Positions 1-12,970 of a stretch of 64,000 nt of DNA are shown here, one piece after another. The notes below the pieces were generated by a model. It was not told where the DNA came from and did not search any database. It saw only the letters and a list, made by a program, of their open reading frames with translations. Source of the stretch: Marsupella aquatica (Eukaryota; Plantae; Marchantiophyta); NCBI GenBank assembly GCA_973895155.1, contig OZ316898.1:4464480-4528479 (forward strand), given 5' to 3'. A program made the translations under genes and the position numbers. Within the stretch, counting starts at the first letter, position 1; the number at the start of each line of letters is the position of its first letter.

Positions 1-308
1 AAAAGACGACTAAGGGAGCCAACCAAATTAACGGCCCAAAGCTCAACTTCCCAGCTGCGGGGACAATTCATTCGAGAATCGTCATATTATTCATGGATCA
101 GTTTTTTCATCCCTGAGCTTTCGGCCACGAACAACTCCCTAAACGCACTCTTCCAAACCTCCCGTGCTTGATAAGAAACTCACAATTGCACTGCCAGCCC
201 ACAGTTCTGCCAATGCTTGAATGGGGAACATCCAAATTGGACTCTTCACATACAAACTGTAGGAAATGGATGATTGACTATGGAGTACGAGGTTTCGATG
301 CAGCTCAC

Positions 309-623
309 CTGACCAGGAGTGGCCTTCTTCCAACGACGCTGTCGACCCCCACGGCGGGGGCTGATCTTGATTTTCTTCGGGGGAAGAGGAGCAGCAGCAG
401 GATCATCAGCAGGAATATAGGACAAGGATGAGTGCGGCTCACGGCTGAAACCCGGCCTGGGTTGCTCGACAGGCCCATCCCCAAGCTGTGAATCTTCCAT
501 GGACCTACTCCGACAGACTACATTGAGACTGTGTCCACCTCGGCCATGGTTATGTGTGGGTAGGGGAAAGAATTTTGCGACAACAGGAGTTGACAGTGGT
601 GCAAAGTTCAGAAGGGCTTGCAT
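309..623 (-). CDS. Probable first coding exon of a small or window-truncated protein with a plastid-transit-like N-terminus
   Basis: The ORF from ATG 623 (MQALLNFAPLSTPVVAKFFPLP...NVVCRSRS) is transit-peptide-like and ends at a strong phase-0 donor CAG|GTGAGC (309/308). A candidate acceptor at 57-55 would add only LGS-stop, giving 108 aa; the gene may instead continue beyond the window. No family recognised. Confidence 0.4.
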
Positions 624-1945
624 GGCTACTCAATTTAAGTGCGGAGAAAGAAATAAACAAATGTTAGCTGAGGATATAGTCAAATGGAGTCAAATCCGAT
701 TGGTCAGCTGTTTAGTGCTGCTGTTGCTATAGCTCCTGCCTCCATCTCTGCAGGTGGGAGCTCAATGGAGAGGTCTGTGAGAAATCATCTGAGTCGAATG
801 GTAGTTATGGGCCAAGAATCGAAAGAATACTGCTGTAAGGGGATGAAAGTCTCACACGACCTCGCAATGTATTGAGAGGCTTGAGTCTTGTGAAATCAAA
901 GCCACTTGATCATCTTATCTTTGGTGCTGTTGTTGCAGCTTCAAGCCTGGAATTGAGGGGCCTCATTGAGGAGCTCCGTTGGCCAGGACCCGACTGAATA
1001 GTTGTGCAGTCTCCTGATCCCAAACGATGAGCGGAGAGGCACAAATTCAGCAATCAATCAATCAGTATCTACAAATTGGAATGAATCGAGGGTTGCTACT
1101 GTATTCTTAATAACAACACAAACCAATTACGTACTTGACAAGAATTAACGATGGAATTGCTGCATGGACAAGGAGAGAGCCGATAGCACAATATTGAGAA
1201 GGCAGAAAATGCGATCGTCATTCACACCAGGCTACGAACCCACGAAAGTTTGACAGAGGAAAATTGATTACCGTGAATGGCTCTGAAGAACCCAACCCAA
1301 GGAGAGAATGGATTCTCACCAGTAACAGAATTCCTTGATGAAGGGAGACAGGGAGAGGCTGAGGAAGGTCGCCAACGTCTGAGAGCATCATGCTCTGAGT
1401 AACAGGTGGGCCAGTGACAACATTCTGCACTCGTGTCCTGATGAATTCCGTCGATGAAGAGATTCGAAAAGTTAAGGAGCTTCCTTTCCACCACTCATAG
1501 GGGAATCTTTCCGATTTCAAAAAAGGGGTTTTCCTTCATATCTTTTCTGCTCGTTCTCCTGTAGTACAAGAGATCTCCTCTCTTCCTCTCTATTGAGGAC
1601 TTGAGCTTTCAGCATAGAATGTCAGTGTCAATAAACCACAACACATCTACCCAATCAGTGACAACCTGGGGGCTTAGGGAGATGAGTCGTGATGCCTGTG
1701 ATTTGCAAAGTGTTTGTTTGATGGACCCCAAAATGAAAGGTGGTACTTGATGGGACCGCTGAGGAAATTTGAGTATGTTATTTAAGGTCTATCAACTGGA
1801 TCACTCAGGAATCTCATCAAGTAACATTTTTCATTTGAGAGGTCCATCAACTATCAACCTCGGTTTGCACTACATATCACCCCTTCCCTACCCCCCTCTC
1901 CCACTTCAGTATGCTACACCCCTGTACTCCTGTTCCTTTGCCCAG

Positions 1946-2112
1946 GTTAGGTATAGGGTAATGCAGGTCTGGGCGCAGGGTTACTAGGCTGTAACCCTGC
2001 ATCCGGAATATGAAAAGAAACTGATCGGCGGCAGACGGGAAGCTTTTTTGAATATTCCGGGAGCAGGTTACAGCCTATAACCCCAGCCCTGCCCTGCATT
2101 AGCATACGTAAC
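1946..2112. repeat. Imperfect inverted repeat (foldback) within a GGTTAC/GTAACC-rich element, probably a non-autonomous DNA transposon
   Basis: The left arm ...taggctgtaaccctgcatccggaatat (about 1985-2011) pairs with the right arm atattccgggagcaggttacagccta (about 2052-2077), and pairing extends out to about 1946/2112. A direct repeat cacccct(g/a)tactcctgt occurs near 1917 and 2313. Confidence 0.6.
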
Positions 2113-3574
2113 TCCTGCCCGGAAAGAGGTTACCGGCTCAACTTTTCAGGACACCAGATTATGACTATAGCAAGCCCCTGTAGAAATGGTTACACACAGG
2201 TAACCTCTTCTCCTGACAGGATTTACGTCCCCACATGGTCACGCCCTAGCTCCCTAGCAACAATAAATGACTTTGCCTCGCCTCCCGTCACCCAGTTTCT
2301 GTGTGCTACTTGCACCCCTATACTCCTGTCCCTTAGGTTACGACTCACACAATCAGGCCCTTGCTACAATAAGAGATTTTGCTATATTAATAGGAGTATC
2401 AAACTTCAAAACTTGATGTACCTTAACTACTAGGGTAAGAGTATGAAAAGTTATGGACTATCATACAACGTTTTGCCCTAAAGAATATTATATGCCATGA
2501 CCATCTGATAAAAATTTCTCTTTCTATTTTTACACAACCATCTGAAAACATTTACTATCATTGCTTTAGGTCCAGAATTCTTACTATCATTGCTTTATGT
2601 CCAAAATTCATCACCCCTGACAATGAAGCTTTGAGAGGTCCTAACCGAGATTTAGGGTGCATAAAACTACATCCATGTGAGAAATTTCCCCATGTATTTA
2701 TCTACAGTACTTATTTTTGGTGGCTTGTTAGTAGCCAAAACTTGGGCTATCTATTACTAGAATGTTTACATGTCTCACCTGATCTAGCTACTACAACTAT
2801 TGCACTTGTCATTGAAGTACTCACGTAGCATCTTGGAGGAAAATGTGGTCTTTATCGGATCATGCAATTCTATAGTATTTTGCCTTACTTTGGGGATTGT
2901 GATGGAAACTAGTGCAAAGGATTATAAATGTGATTTGCACCAGTACACATCCATTTCCCATATCTACACATTTACACTAGTTTTGCATAAGTGTGGATGG
3001 ATTTTAGATGTACTTATTGCACTTGGGTTTGAAGTATTCATGCATACTTTTAACATGTGTACTCTTGAATGACACTCTGTCCACGTCAGTTAGGCTAATG
3101 TCTTCTAGTATTTATGTTTTTGTTTATCCCTGTGGTTTAAGTAAATTTATCTGTGGGAATAATCGATCTCCCTCAATTAAAGGGATGGCAAGTAATCTTG
3201 CTAACTGCTACTTGAAGGTGCCCCAAAACAAACCTTTGGTCATTTTCTCCCATTTCCTTGGAAAAGGCAGTTAATGTCATTGAACAGTTTGATAGGGATT
3301 AGTGTCCTTGGAGAAAAGCAAGCCAAGGCCCCATATATTGGGATTTGAGACTATTAACCTTCAACCTATCCTAGTGTGCTATGTTCTTCACAAACCTACA
3401 ACAAACTTTGCTGCCATCCATGGCCGAAAGGGATTCACAAGAATGAACCTCTCAAAAAGGCAAAACATTTCTCTTGTGATCCCAAGCCAGATTCAACCCC
3501 AGTGTCATTCGCCTCTAGATCAACTTTGGAGCCAGACGCAAGCGATAGAGTTACACTCATGATTTTCATTCGAA

Positions 3575-6500
3575 TCATATTCTGCGGATCAAAACTTTAC
3601 TCCTGGCACTTAGAGGTGTGGATGAGTCCTCCACAAGGTCAGTGGTACGACTGGTGGATCTTGGCAAGATTAGCATCTCTGAGAATGAACCCCCAGAAAG
3701 ACCCTTAGTGAGGCGACCAGGGTTTATGCAGAGAGTACTCGAAGATATCGAGCCGAGTGAATTTGGCGCAGAGCCATCCTCACTTTGGGGCTTGACAACA
3801 GAGGTTGATAGAACCTGCCAACAGACAGCGGACATGTTGTTAGTCAACATCAATTCAATCTGGGAATTTCACTTTGAGGACAAGCGTTCTCTGATGCTGA
3901 AGTCGCCAGACGCAGTCAGTGATATCTAATGAAAGTCAATTACCTCCAATATTCCGTGGTTGCTTGTGCTTTAATTTCATTCACGCTGGAATACGTGCAG
4001 GTTGCACTACTCGGATGATTCTATCAAACAGCCATTAAGGTATTTTATGAACGAACCTTAACAAACGGGGCGAGATCTGATGGCATGATCAGTACGTGTG
4101 GAGCTTCTGAGATTGAGAGCGCTTCAGGGACTAACGAGAGATCCAATGGGGTACCAGAGGGGGGAGGAAATAGTGGGTAGAAGCTGCAACAAATGAGGAA
4201 GACTGTCAGATCTCTCTACAATTGCTAGAACAGCAGCACAAACAATTGGTAGAGCATGTGGAAAGTGCAATAAATTCAGTCGTAAAGCAGATATGGCGTG
4301 ACATGTTGAAGCCATCGGGAATTGAAAGCTTTTATCTGCTGCCATTACCTTCGTTGAGCAATAATGTGTGATGCAATTCTGGTCATGCGATCACTTGAGG
4401 CACCTGGCAGACTACGAGACAATTCTTCGCTGCTCAAGTGTCGCAGAACATCAACTGTACAGCATCCTAGTGTTACCTGCAAGAAAAGACATAAAGTGAA
4501 GGTTAAAAGAGATAATGATGGCTTCGCATGAAAAAAACAGTAACGAGTGCATGCATTCATCCGATACCCGAACAACCCAAAAACATGAAATGCATTCAAA
4601 GGCATTGCTGTGCTGACCCCTGCATGAAGTAAACCCCCAATATCCAAAAACCAATGTAACCACGTAAATTTCGTCCAATCATTGTTCAAGCCAGCAAGAA
4701 AGCTAGGAGAATCAAATTATAGACCAGTAAGTCAGAGAGCAGCCTAACCTCATCGCAGCGAACAATGCTTGGATTTGCAAGGACAAGAACCTGCAAGAAG
4801 AAAGATTGTAAGGAATTAAGAATCTTCAACTAAGATGCCACGTATCAAGGCAACGGATTGGAGAGTATACTTTAAGCATTCTCAAAATGTACGAAACACG
4901 AGCGACTCAACTGTATCTGAATCAAAACACTATAATCAAATATCTCACCTGATCTTTTAGGTCCTCAAAACCATCTAATGAGAAGGGTGGCTGCAGACCC
5001 ACAAAAAAACAACGTCGTGAGCGTTGGCAGTGTGCGATGTTAACTGGAGCAGTCTATAATGTAGATTGACTTCTTGACAGTGAAGGCCAGCAAAAGGCAT
5101 GTGAATAATGTCTAGCTCAGGCAGATGCAAACACAGACCATCGAGACAGTTCGTGCCTGTAAGGCAACGGTACTTAACTTGACTCATTCAACATGTCAGA
5201 TCGGATGTACCTGCGGGAAAACGGAGTCGTGATGGGCATCTCGACAGGATGGAATTAGCAAAACCCTTGCGCCATCTCCCATCTCATGACAATAATTCAC
5301 CACCTGCACGAGTACAGCTTCCCATGAGGGTGACAGCTTAAAGTATTTCCACTCCGTTAATTGCTGTCTTCTTGTAATAATAAATGACCAATAAAGATAT
5401 ACAGTGCAGCTAGGGCTCCATACAACGCGCGTAAAACTTACCTTTGTCCTGAATTCTTCGTGAAATATTTGCATGAAGGTCTTATCCACAAGCCCCTGCT
5501 TGATCAAAGGGTGCTCCGAATCCACAAATGGACCCATCTGTACATAGACAGCAGAATTCTGTTCAGTTCTTCGAGAAGACACTTAAAGGCTTGACCACAA
5601 CAGGCCAGCCAAGTTTCATTCAATCGAAAGGATACAAAATGTTTGGGAAACATTGGCATCTTTCAATGTGCAGTTAACTTGCTGTTCAAAATATACGATT
5701 CCATCGAGTGGAGGCAAAGACTTGATAAAATGTAAGGTCCAATGTTGGGAAGACTCGTTTACCAGTATAAGAAGTCTTGGTCGTTTTCTTCGTGCATGCG
5801 CAAAAAGCTCGGCCAATGGTTCAAAGTAGAGGTTGTCGCTCGCAGAGTAAGGCCCCGCTGCCATCACCTATAACAAGAAGCGTCACAACTATGAAAATTT
5901 GACGCGGTCAGGGCCCAGTGACAGTGATATCATACTCTCGGCACGATACAGAGCTAGTACAGCGGATTCAGCTTATCCAATTCCTATTAAGAGAGTCAAA
6001 GAATCCATGGGGGACCAACATGCTCAATGCCCTTGTTTGGCTAGCTTATTGGTACCAGGTCAGAGAATAGTTTCAAGGCAAAAGAACAAATGGAGCAAAG
6101 AAGCTACCTACAATGGTGATTTGCTGGGGATCTACTACATCGATTGTCTCTGATTTGACATCAGACCCATCTCGTCGTTTTGAAGGAGGCTCTAGTTGCT
6201 GCTCTGAGGAATCAGGGGCAGCTGATAGGGGAAGAGCATCTATCAGGCGAGATGCAACTAGGCAGTACCCGCTTGGATTTTGTCCTTCAACTCCAAGCAC
6301 CTGCACATAAACATTGGTGCACCCTTAGTTCGTATAAAGACGGCTCTTGGCTGTAAGCTGCAAACATACAGCAGCCGCGAGCGCATAGAAAGACCAATAG
6401 TTCAAGGAAAAATGAACTTCAGGGCTCTGCGGCGTACATGGTCACAGTAATATTCTTTGGCACGTTATTGAGAGCCTTTGATAAGCATCCCTCTTTTGGA

Positions 6501-9500
6501 TCCATTAAGTAAAACCACCTTTCAATTCAATTATGTGATCCTATCTGCAGTCGTGAAAGTTGAAATGTTCAGCTTTCATCTGCATGAACGAGGTTTACAA
6601 CCTCCTTGTAGGAACTTTCTCACCTGAGAAGTCATGCACAATTGAGAACCCACCCACCAAACAGAGCTTAACAGACCCTAAACACGAAAATATACTGGAA
6701 CACTTGACCTACTGCAGTAGACCATCTAACGTCACTTCAGATACTCGGGGATGTAAGAATGATAGACAATCATTTGATGTCCACTCAATCATGTGCTGTG
6801 CGCAGCGGGAGAACAAACCAGCTAAACCTTCAATCTTTGACAAACACTAGTGAGTAGGTGAGCAGTCACGGACATACCAAACTTAAGACAAGGTAAATTC
6901 TCCACGTTAGGACTGCTTGTGGACAACGAACCTGGCCTGGGAAAATAGAAAATTGAGGAATGTTGCGAAGATCAAGGCGCACTCTTTGTCCACCTGAGTA
7001 CTCGACACTGCAGACATCAACATCAACAACCCGTTACATTTTGGTTTGTCCACGTAGATGGCGTCTTCCACACGAGGATAGATTATACTCGTGCCTTTCA
7101 TGGATGTGGTGCAATTGGAAGTAAGATTCGCAGAACCACAATTCGGACTACTGACACCGAATGTGATGTAACATTAATATCTTTATTAAATTGATCTCTA
7201 CAGCGGGGACATGATTTGAGAGGCTCTAGTAATAGTAACAACAGTTATAGGGAACCTGCCGTTCATCTTGCGATCCAACCTCAAGATGGAACTAGACAGC
7301 AATTAGGAACTTTAACGCATCAATTTTGGAGAATTCCCTTACCTCCCCTCAAGCAAGACAGACTTGTCATTGAGATGACCCTCTCCATCACAACAGATCC
7401 TTCCTACGACTGTGATTTGCTCCTGGAAAAGATAGTAATGAGATTATTAAAAACCTGGACGTGGAATCGAGGAAATCACCATTGCAATGTTTTTTCCAAA
7501 ATGCCTACCATAAAATTTATATAAAAGGAGTGAGAAATTCAGCATGTGACCAGTGCCCTCGTCACTTCAGAAAATCTCACGCAAAGAAAAGTCACCTGTG
7601 CTGCTACGGCAACATTATGTGAGACTTTACACTGCTCGCTTGCCGTCAGGGCACCAGCAAATCTTCGAAGTCTCCTCTCTATAGCAAGAAACTGTCGACA
7701 AAGCAACAATATTTGCGACATGAGTTGCAAGAGAGAAATGAAATACACTCCGACAACTATGAGTTAAAGTGTCAGAAAAATTTCTTTGAACAAATGTCAC
7801 GACCGCCTAGACGATGGAGACTGGTTACCTCCTTTCCATTACTCGCATCGCATAGATCCAATTCCATGCCATACGCTCAAAGACAATGAAGCAAAGTTTC
7901 CTTAAAATCGGAGTCCACGTAAGAGCTCATACTGTATCAAAACAAAGAAGAACGTGGCAAGATAGCTCACCCTGTCTTCTACTCGGTCGTTCATGAAGCG
8001 GCAACCTGTTTTAGGATACTTAGTCATGACCACGACCTCACACCACTCTATAGGCCGTAATCTCCGGAGCACATCATCTTCGGAATCTGCCTGGACTCTA
8101 GTATCCTCTAATTCTTTCAGCTCCTCGTTGAATGCTACCAAAATTGCGGACTTATTGCTCCGACGGCTGAACGGAGTTATCGGACTTTCTTCAGGGTTTG
8201 GCCGAGGAGCCTCCCCGGCTGACTTGTGAGTTGCAGCTGGAGTTTGGGGAGCCACGGAGGCAAGGTCAGCGTCAATTGAGCTCTCTTTGGCACTTCCAGG
8301 CATCGTGACTCGTTTACCCGTTGTTAACAGCAAACGTGGTGGTGTCGTTTGCTGCAAGGGCTCGTCCTCCTCATCATTCAGCAACCTGGAGATATAAACG
8401 CAATACTGAAATCATGGTGGCAGGTGGAGAGTATCATGACCAGAAGGAAGAAGTCCCAGAAAACAGAACGACGAAATTAGCTTCGGTGTATAGCCTTACG
8501 TATCCAAATGATTGCTTGTGTAAGTGTGGAATCCAGTCTTCTTTTGCTTTAGCCGGAAAGCCTCCTTCTGTTCCTCTTGCAGGAACTGCTTAAACCCATT
8601 CATACGTGAGCTGGAAACTTGTCCCCCCTCAAATTGCCTGAGCATTTCCCAACCCCAAAAACTCATAATCAAACATCTTTCGAGCAGTAGAGAGACTCCC
8701 CAAAGACAACAGTCAAGATGAAGCCCATTGTGAGGTAAATTATTCAGCTCAAACTTTAAGTTTAGACCAGCTACCAAAGTCGCTATAGTAAGCGATCAGA
8801 ACCAAAATTATTCATCGATTTGGCTCACAGTTGACAACAGCAAGACATCGAGATCCTACTATCTCATTTCCTGTATGGAAAGGAAAGGAGGGGGAAGGAA
8901 ACAACCTCGAATTATAATAATTCATAACATCGCCTGAAATCCTTCCCCTCACTTACCATGGTTAGAGCTATAATGTTCTTAACGAAATTTGCAGGTGAGG
9001 ATCAATAGCAAGCTTGCCTGTTCAAATAAAAAACTTCCCAGCTCGACACGAAATCTGCCGGCTTCATGCCGAAGGTGACACATAACGACGCAACTGCAAG
9101 GTTAAAACAGCGATGCCTTTTCAATGTATGACTTCATGCCTTGACCAAAACCAACTCTTCAACATGGATATATTTTGGCATCACAAGCTTCTAGCAGACG
9201 ACGAAAGTTAGGACTCCTTCGATCGCGCAGGCTATTGCAGCTGCTTACGACGCTGGCATCAAAATCGCTTAGAGGGGGCTCAGTGATATCAAGCATGCGC
9301 GCCACGTTGCAGAAAAACAGACAGAGCTTCTTCACAGAACAAAGTAGACACGTAGATTGACGCTAGAAAACACTGCTGAGAAACCCGCAGGACACCTGCC
9401 ATTCAACTCCGAGAGAAGGGAAGAATTGAATGTACCCAAGACTTGAGAAACTTCTCCAAGAACAAAAGAATGCATGAAGGAACAGCTCAGAAACAAACGA

Positions 9501-9949
9501 TAAGAAAGATACTAAGCTAGAGCTAGGAAGAGAGACAGTGGATAACCACCATACGTAGAGACCATACGTAGAGAACAAGAAAAACATGGAAGTAATACAA
9601 TGGAGAGATGCATTTGCGAGAGACAGAGAGATCAATTGACTGAGATCCACTACCTGCATTGCTCTGCAACCTCTTCAACCTCCAGTCATTTAGTGATTAC
9701 CAAAGGTGACGCATATCGTCTGCCATATCTAAACTACTCAATGAATGCACAACTATATATTCGGTCTCGCCTGAGTGGAAACACAGTGAGAGACAGAAAG
9801 GCAACCAAAAAAAATGCACAATCCAAAGTCCCCAAAGGGAAATCAAGAGACAAACTGAAGAAGATCGTCCACGTACATTGCTCGGCGACAGCGTCATCGT
9901 CTAGTTTGAAATCGTTCCTGGAGAACTCTTCCCGCAAAGCTGTCTCCAT
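3575..9949 (-). CDS. POLA2: DNA polymerase alpha subunit B (16 exons, about 671 aa)
   Basis: complement(join(3575..3814,4057..4183,4349..4476,4749..4790,4949..4990,5211..5303,5442..5537,5763..5867,6112..6300,6932..7007,7343..7422,7596..7691,7971..8385,8500..8637,9018..9093,9877..9949)) = 2016 nt with consistent phases. Diagnostic motifs: GRICCDGEGHLNDKSVLLEGS, FSIFPGQ, AAGPY, MGPFVDSEHP, LIPSCRDAHHDSVFPQPP, SFYPLFPP, CINPGRLTKG. Confidence 0.95.
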
Positions 9950-10057
9950 GGCCGCGCCGTGGCTGTTCTTGTTCGCTCGATGACGAGCAGACCTAAATTA
10001 AGAGTGAGTCCCTCAATTCGATCCCAGAACACTCCACATTCTTCTGCCCACAAAACT

Positions 10058-10640
10058 CAGAATGGCACGATCGTCGACATCCACCCAAGTCAGCTCGAGA
10101 GGCATCAGCAGCTGTACTGTACTCGAAAGCACAGCGGATCACGATGATTTGCTCATCACCTGAGCACCAGAGCTTCGAAAGAAGGAAACGTATTTGAATT
10201 CATCAAAACAAGCTCCAAGAATAGTTTCTGCTCACAAGACTACTCGGCAGAATGGCACAAATCATCAGCTGCACTCGAGAGTACAGCTGATCACGATGAG
10301 TTCCTCAACACCAGAGCTCCAAAAGCTTCGAAGGAGGGAGATATATTTGAATGCCGCAAAACAAGCTCAAAGAGTATTCTCTTTTCGCACGACTAACTGG
10401 CAGAATAGCACAAAATCATCAGCATCCACCCGAATCATCAGCTTCATTCGATAGCACAGCTGATCACGATGATTTCCTCATCACCAGAGCTCCAAAGCTT
10501 CAAAAGAGGGAGACGCAATTGATTGCCTTAAACAAGCTCAAACAATAGTTCATTCTCGCAAGACCAATCGGCAGAATGGCACAAAATCATCAGCATCCAC
10601 CCAAACCAGCGCGAGATGCATCGACAGCTGCACTAACGGC
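10058..10640. repeat. Degenerate tandem repeat (150-190 bp unit, about 3.5 copies) in the POLA2 5' leader
   Basis: Units start at cagaat(g/a)gcac near 10058, 10248, 10401 and 10572. They share acagc(t/g)gatcacgatga, accagagct and aaacaagctc. Confidence 0.8.
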
Positions 10641-10744
10641 ACCACCGCGTGCATGAGCGAAAGAAGCACACTGCTGATTCCCTCATCACCATCGCCACAG
10701 CAGCTCGAAAACTCGATGATTTCAGAGGGGGAAGGAGAGAGCTC

Positions 10745-10780
10745 GCGCGAAAGAATGGCGGGAGGAAAAGTGGCGGGAAA
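10745..10780 (-). promoter_or_regulatory. E2F/DP binding sites in the POLA2 promoter
   Basis: gcgcgaaa (10745-10752; reverse complement TTTCGCGC) and ggcgggaaa (10772-10780; reverse complement TTTCCCGCC) match the TTTSSCGS consensus, upstream of a DNA replication gene. Confidence 0.8.
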
Positions 10781-11734
10781 ACAGGCCTACAGATTCATAC
10801 GATTAAATTCAGACGCAAACTATTAAGTTAGTATCTTTCTAAGACGTTTGAGCCCGGATGGACCTTAATGCTGTATGTGATGCTTGGATGGACTGGTGCA
10901 ATGAGGATGGACTATTACAATGAAATTGGAATTTCCCAGAACTAGAGTTATACGTTAAGGGCTGCATTGCATGCAATTGGCCCTCAAATATTCAACAGTT
11001 ATAATTCTCTCAAATTTATGGGATAAAGTCTTCAGGCAGGACCACAGGATAGTCTTGTCTTTCAAAGGTTGGGACTGCAAGAGCTGAGTTTTGCTGACCT
11101 TGGCCTTTGTTTTCTGCCATGACAAAAACCTGGTTTCACCATTTTTCACATTCCAATTTCATGCATGGTCTTGTCATTGCTCCATCCTCCTATGCAACTC
11201 AATCCAGAGATTTACCAGGCCCCTCAGTTGCTGATAGATAGGCTCTTCAGTTTATAGTTTTTGTTGTGTATGACCTTTGCAGCTGGCTTTGCAGGGGCTC
11301 TCAGGCTCTTTGGTCTTCCTGGGATTTTTCCCCTCTAGTTTCCCCCTATTGGATCTTTTACCTTAGGAATCATGTCTTTCAATTAAGCATCTTTTGTCTA
11401 GTGTCTAGGGTACCTATACCAAATATTTAGGGATATATAGACCAAATAAGGAAATGAAGTGAATAGCAGTGTTTTCAGGATCGACACATCTAACAAATAA
11501 AGCACAATCAAAAACTATCCCTGAACCTATTGTCTAGAGTTAAGCCCTCTAAACCTAGACTTTAATTGAGAGCATAACTGAAAATGAGGGTGCAATGAGG
11601 GTGCAAACCAATGGGAGCAAAGATTAACAAGAAGCAAAAGGGTCTCCTTTCTCCTGCAACTTTGTTTCTCCTTATCTACATTTACATTCAAATAACCAAT
11701 ATTCAAGCTACCCCAAACACAACTTCAATATTTG

Positions 11735-11997
11735 AACACAAGGTCCATTTTCAAACATAATGTACTATAAATATAAAAAATAACAATACATAATCAAAAC
11801 TTAAATACAAAACACAAAACCCTGGATTCATTGTTAGAATAAAGCACCCCATGGCCCACTATTCAAACAGAAGGCTCATTTTCAAACCCAATATCCTACA
11901 CAATACAAAAAATAAAAATACATAATCAAAAATGAAATAGAAAACACAAAACCCTGGATTCGTCGTTCGAAAAGAGCACCTCATGTCACTATTCGAA
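11735..11997. repeat. Tandem duplication of about 130 bp
   Basis: cattttcaaac...atacataatcaaaa...aaacacaaaaccctggattc...cactattc occurs twice in tandem. Confidence 0.7.
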
Positions 11998-12269
11998 CCC
12001 AACGAATATGCAAAGGAAAATGGGGTTCCTAGAGTAATTCTTGTAAAACGGTTTTGGGACTAGGAGGCAACACCCGACGAAGCAGCGGGGGCGGTGGTGG
12101 GGGCGGTTCAGGTGCTGATGAGTCAGCCCTGCGCCCGCAATCGCCCGCCATTCAACACTCGAGCAGACCGCCTACCGCCCCCTAAAAAAACTCCGTATAC
12201 TTTTGGAGTGCCCGTGATCTCGCTGACGTCTGCACAGTTTGTCCTCTATCGCTTTCTCTCACACCAAAC

Positions 12270-12460
12270 TTCATTTTTTCCTTGCCCCTGGCTGCGGGTC
12301 TGAACAAAAACGTTTTCCTTCAACTTGCTTGCAAGGAGAGAAGCTTCGTCCCCTGCCGACCTGCCCGAGAAGTGCCGTACATACTTCCTGTCCTTCTAAG
12401 CCCGACAAGCCTGCCCGCTGCCCTTTCACATGCTCTCGTATTTCGCCCTTCCCTGTCTTC
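12270..12460. repeat. Dispersed C-rich repeat of about 200 bp (further copies at 14540-14930)
   Basis: It shares ttttccttgccc, gaacaaaa, aaggagagaagct, ctgcccgagaagt.ccgtac and cttcctgtccttc.aagccc with two tandem copies at 14540-14740 and 14741-14930. Confidence 0.7.
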
Positions 12461-12970
12461 TCTTCTTCCAATTTGGGGGGCCAAGTGTCACTCGACAGGC
12501 ATTTTTGGCACTCTCAGTCTCTCAGACTATTTTCACTCATTGCCCGCAAAGTGCTGCCCGAGTTGGTGGGCTCAAGTCATGATATTGAGTTCATCACAAA
12601 GACCACTACTGTACACCTTTACCAGTAGTATACAGATATAGGGATAGCAAACTGTCAAAAAACAAAGAGCGCCTAACAGGAAACATGATACTTTATTTAT
12701 TTGACTTGGATACCGGCCTTATAGAGTAGAACATGCCCAAAATATTATTTATCTGATTTTACTGAAATGTTTTTTTTTGACCATCAGATCTTCCTAGATT
12801 TAAAGATTACCATTAGATTCTGACTAATGGGGCCTGTGATTAGATGGGACATTGGCTAACGAGCCAGAGAAAAACTAGCTGATTTTTTCCAAAAGTGGCA
12901 ACAAAATTTGGTGAGGGGAATTTAGCAAATTCTTGCCACTAAAAAAACCACTGATGGATACTGGATACTA

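Noticed and set aside
3618-3929. 103-aa plus-strand ORF and other ORFs overlapping POLA2, SKIP35, mTERF, CCT8 and GT47 on the opposite strand
   Set aside because: Antisense shadows of recognised coding exons.
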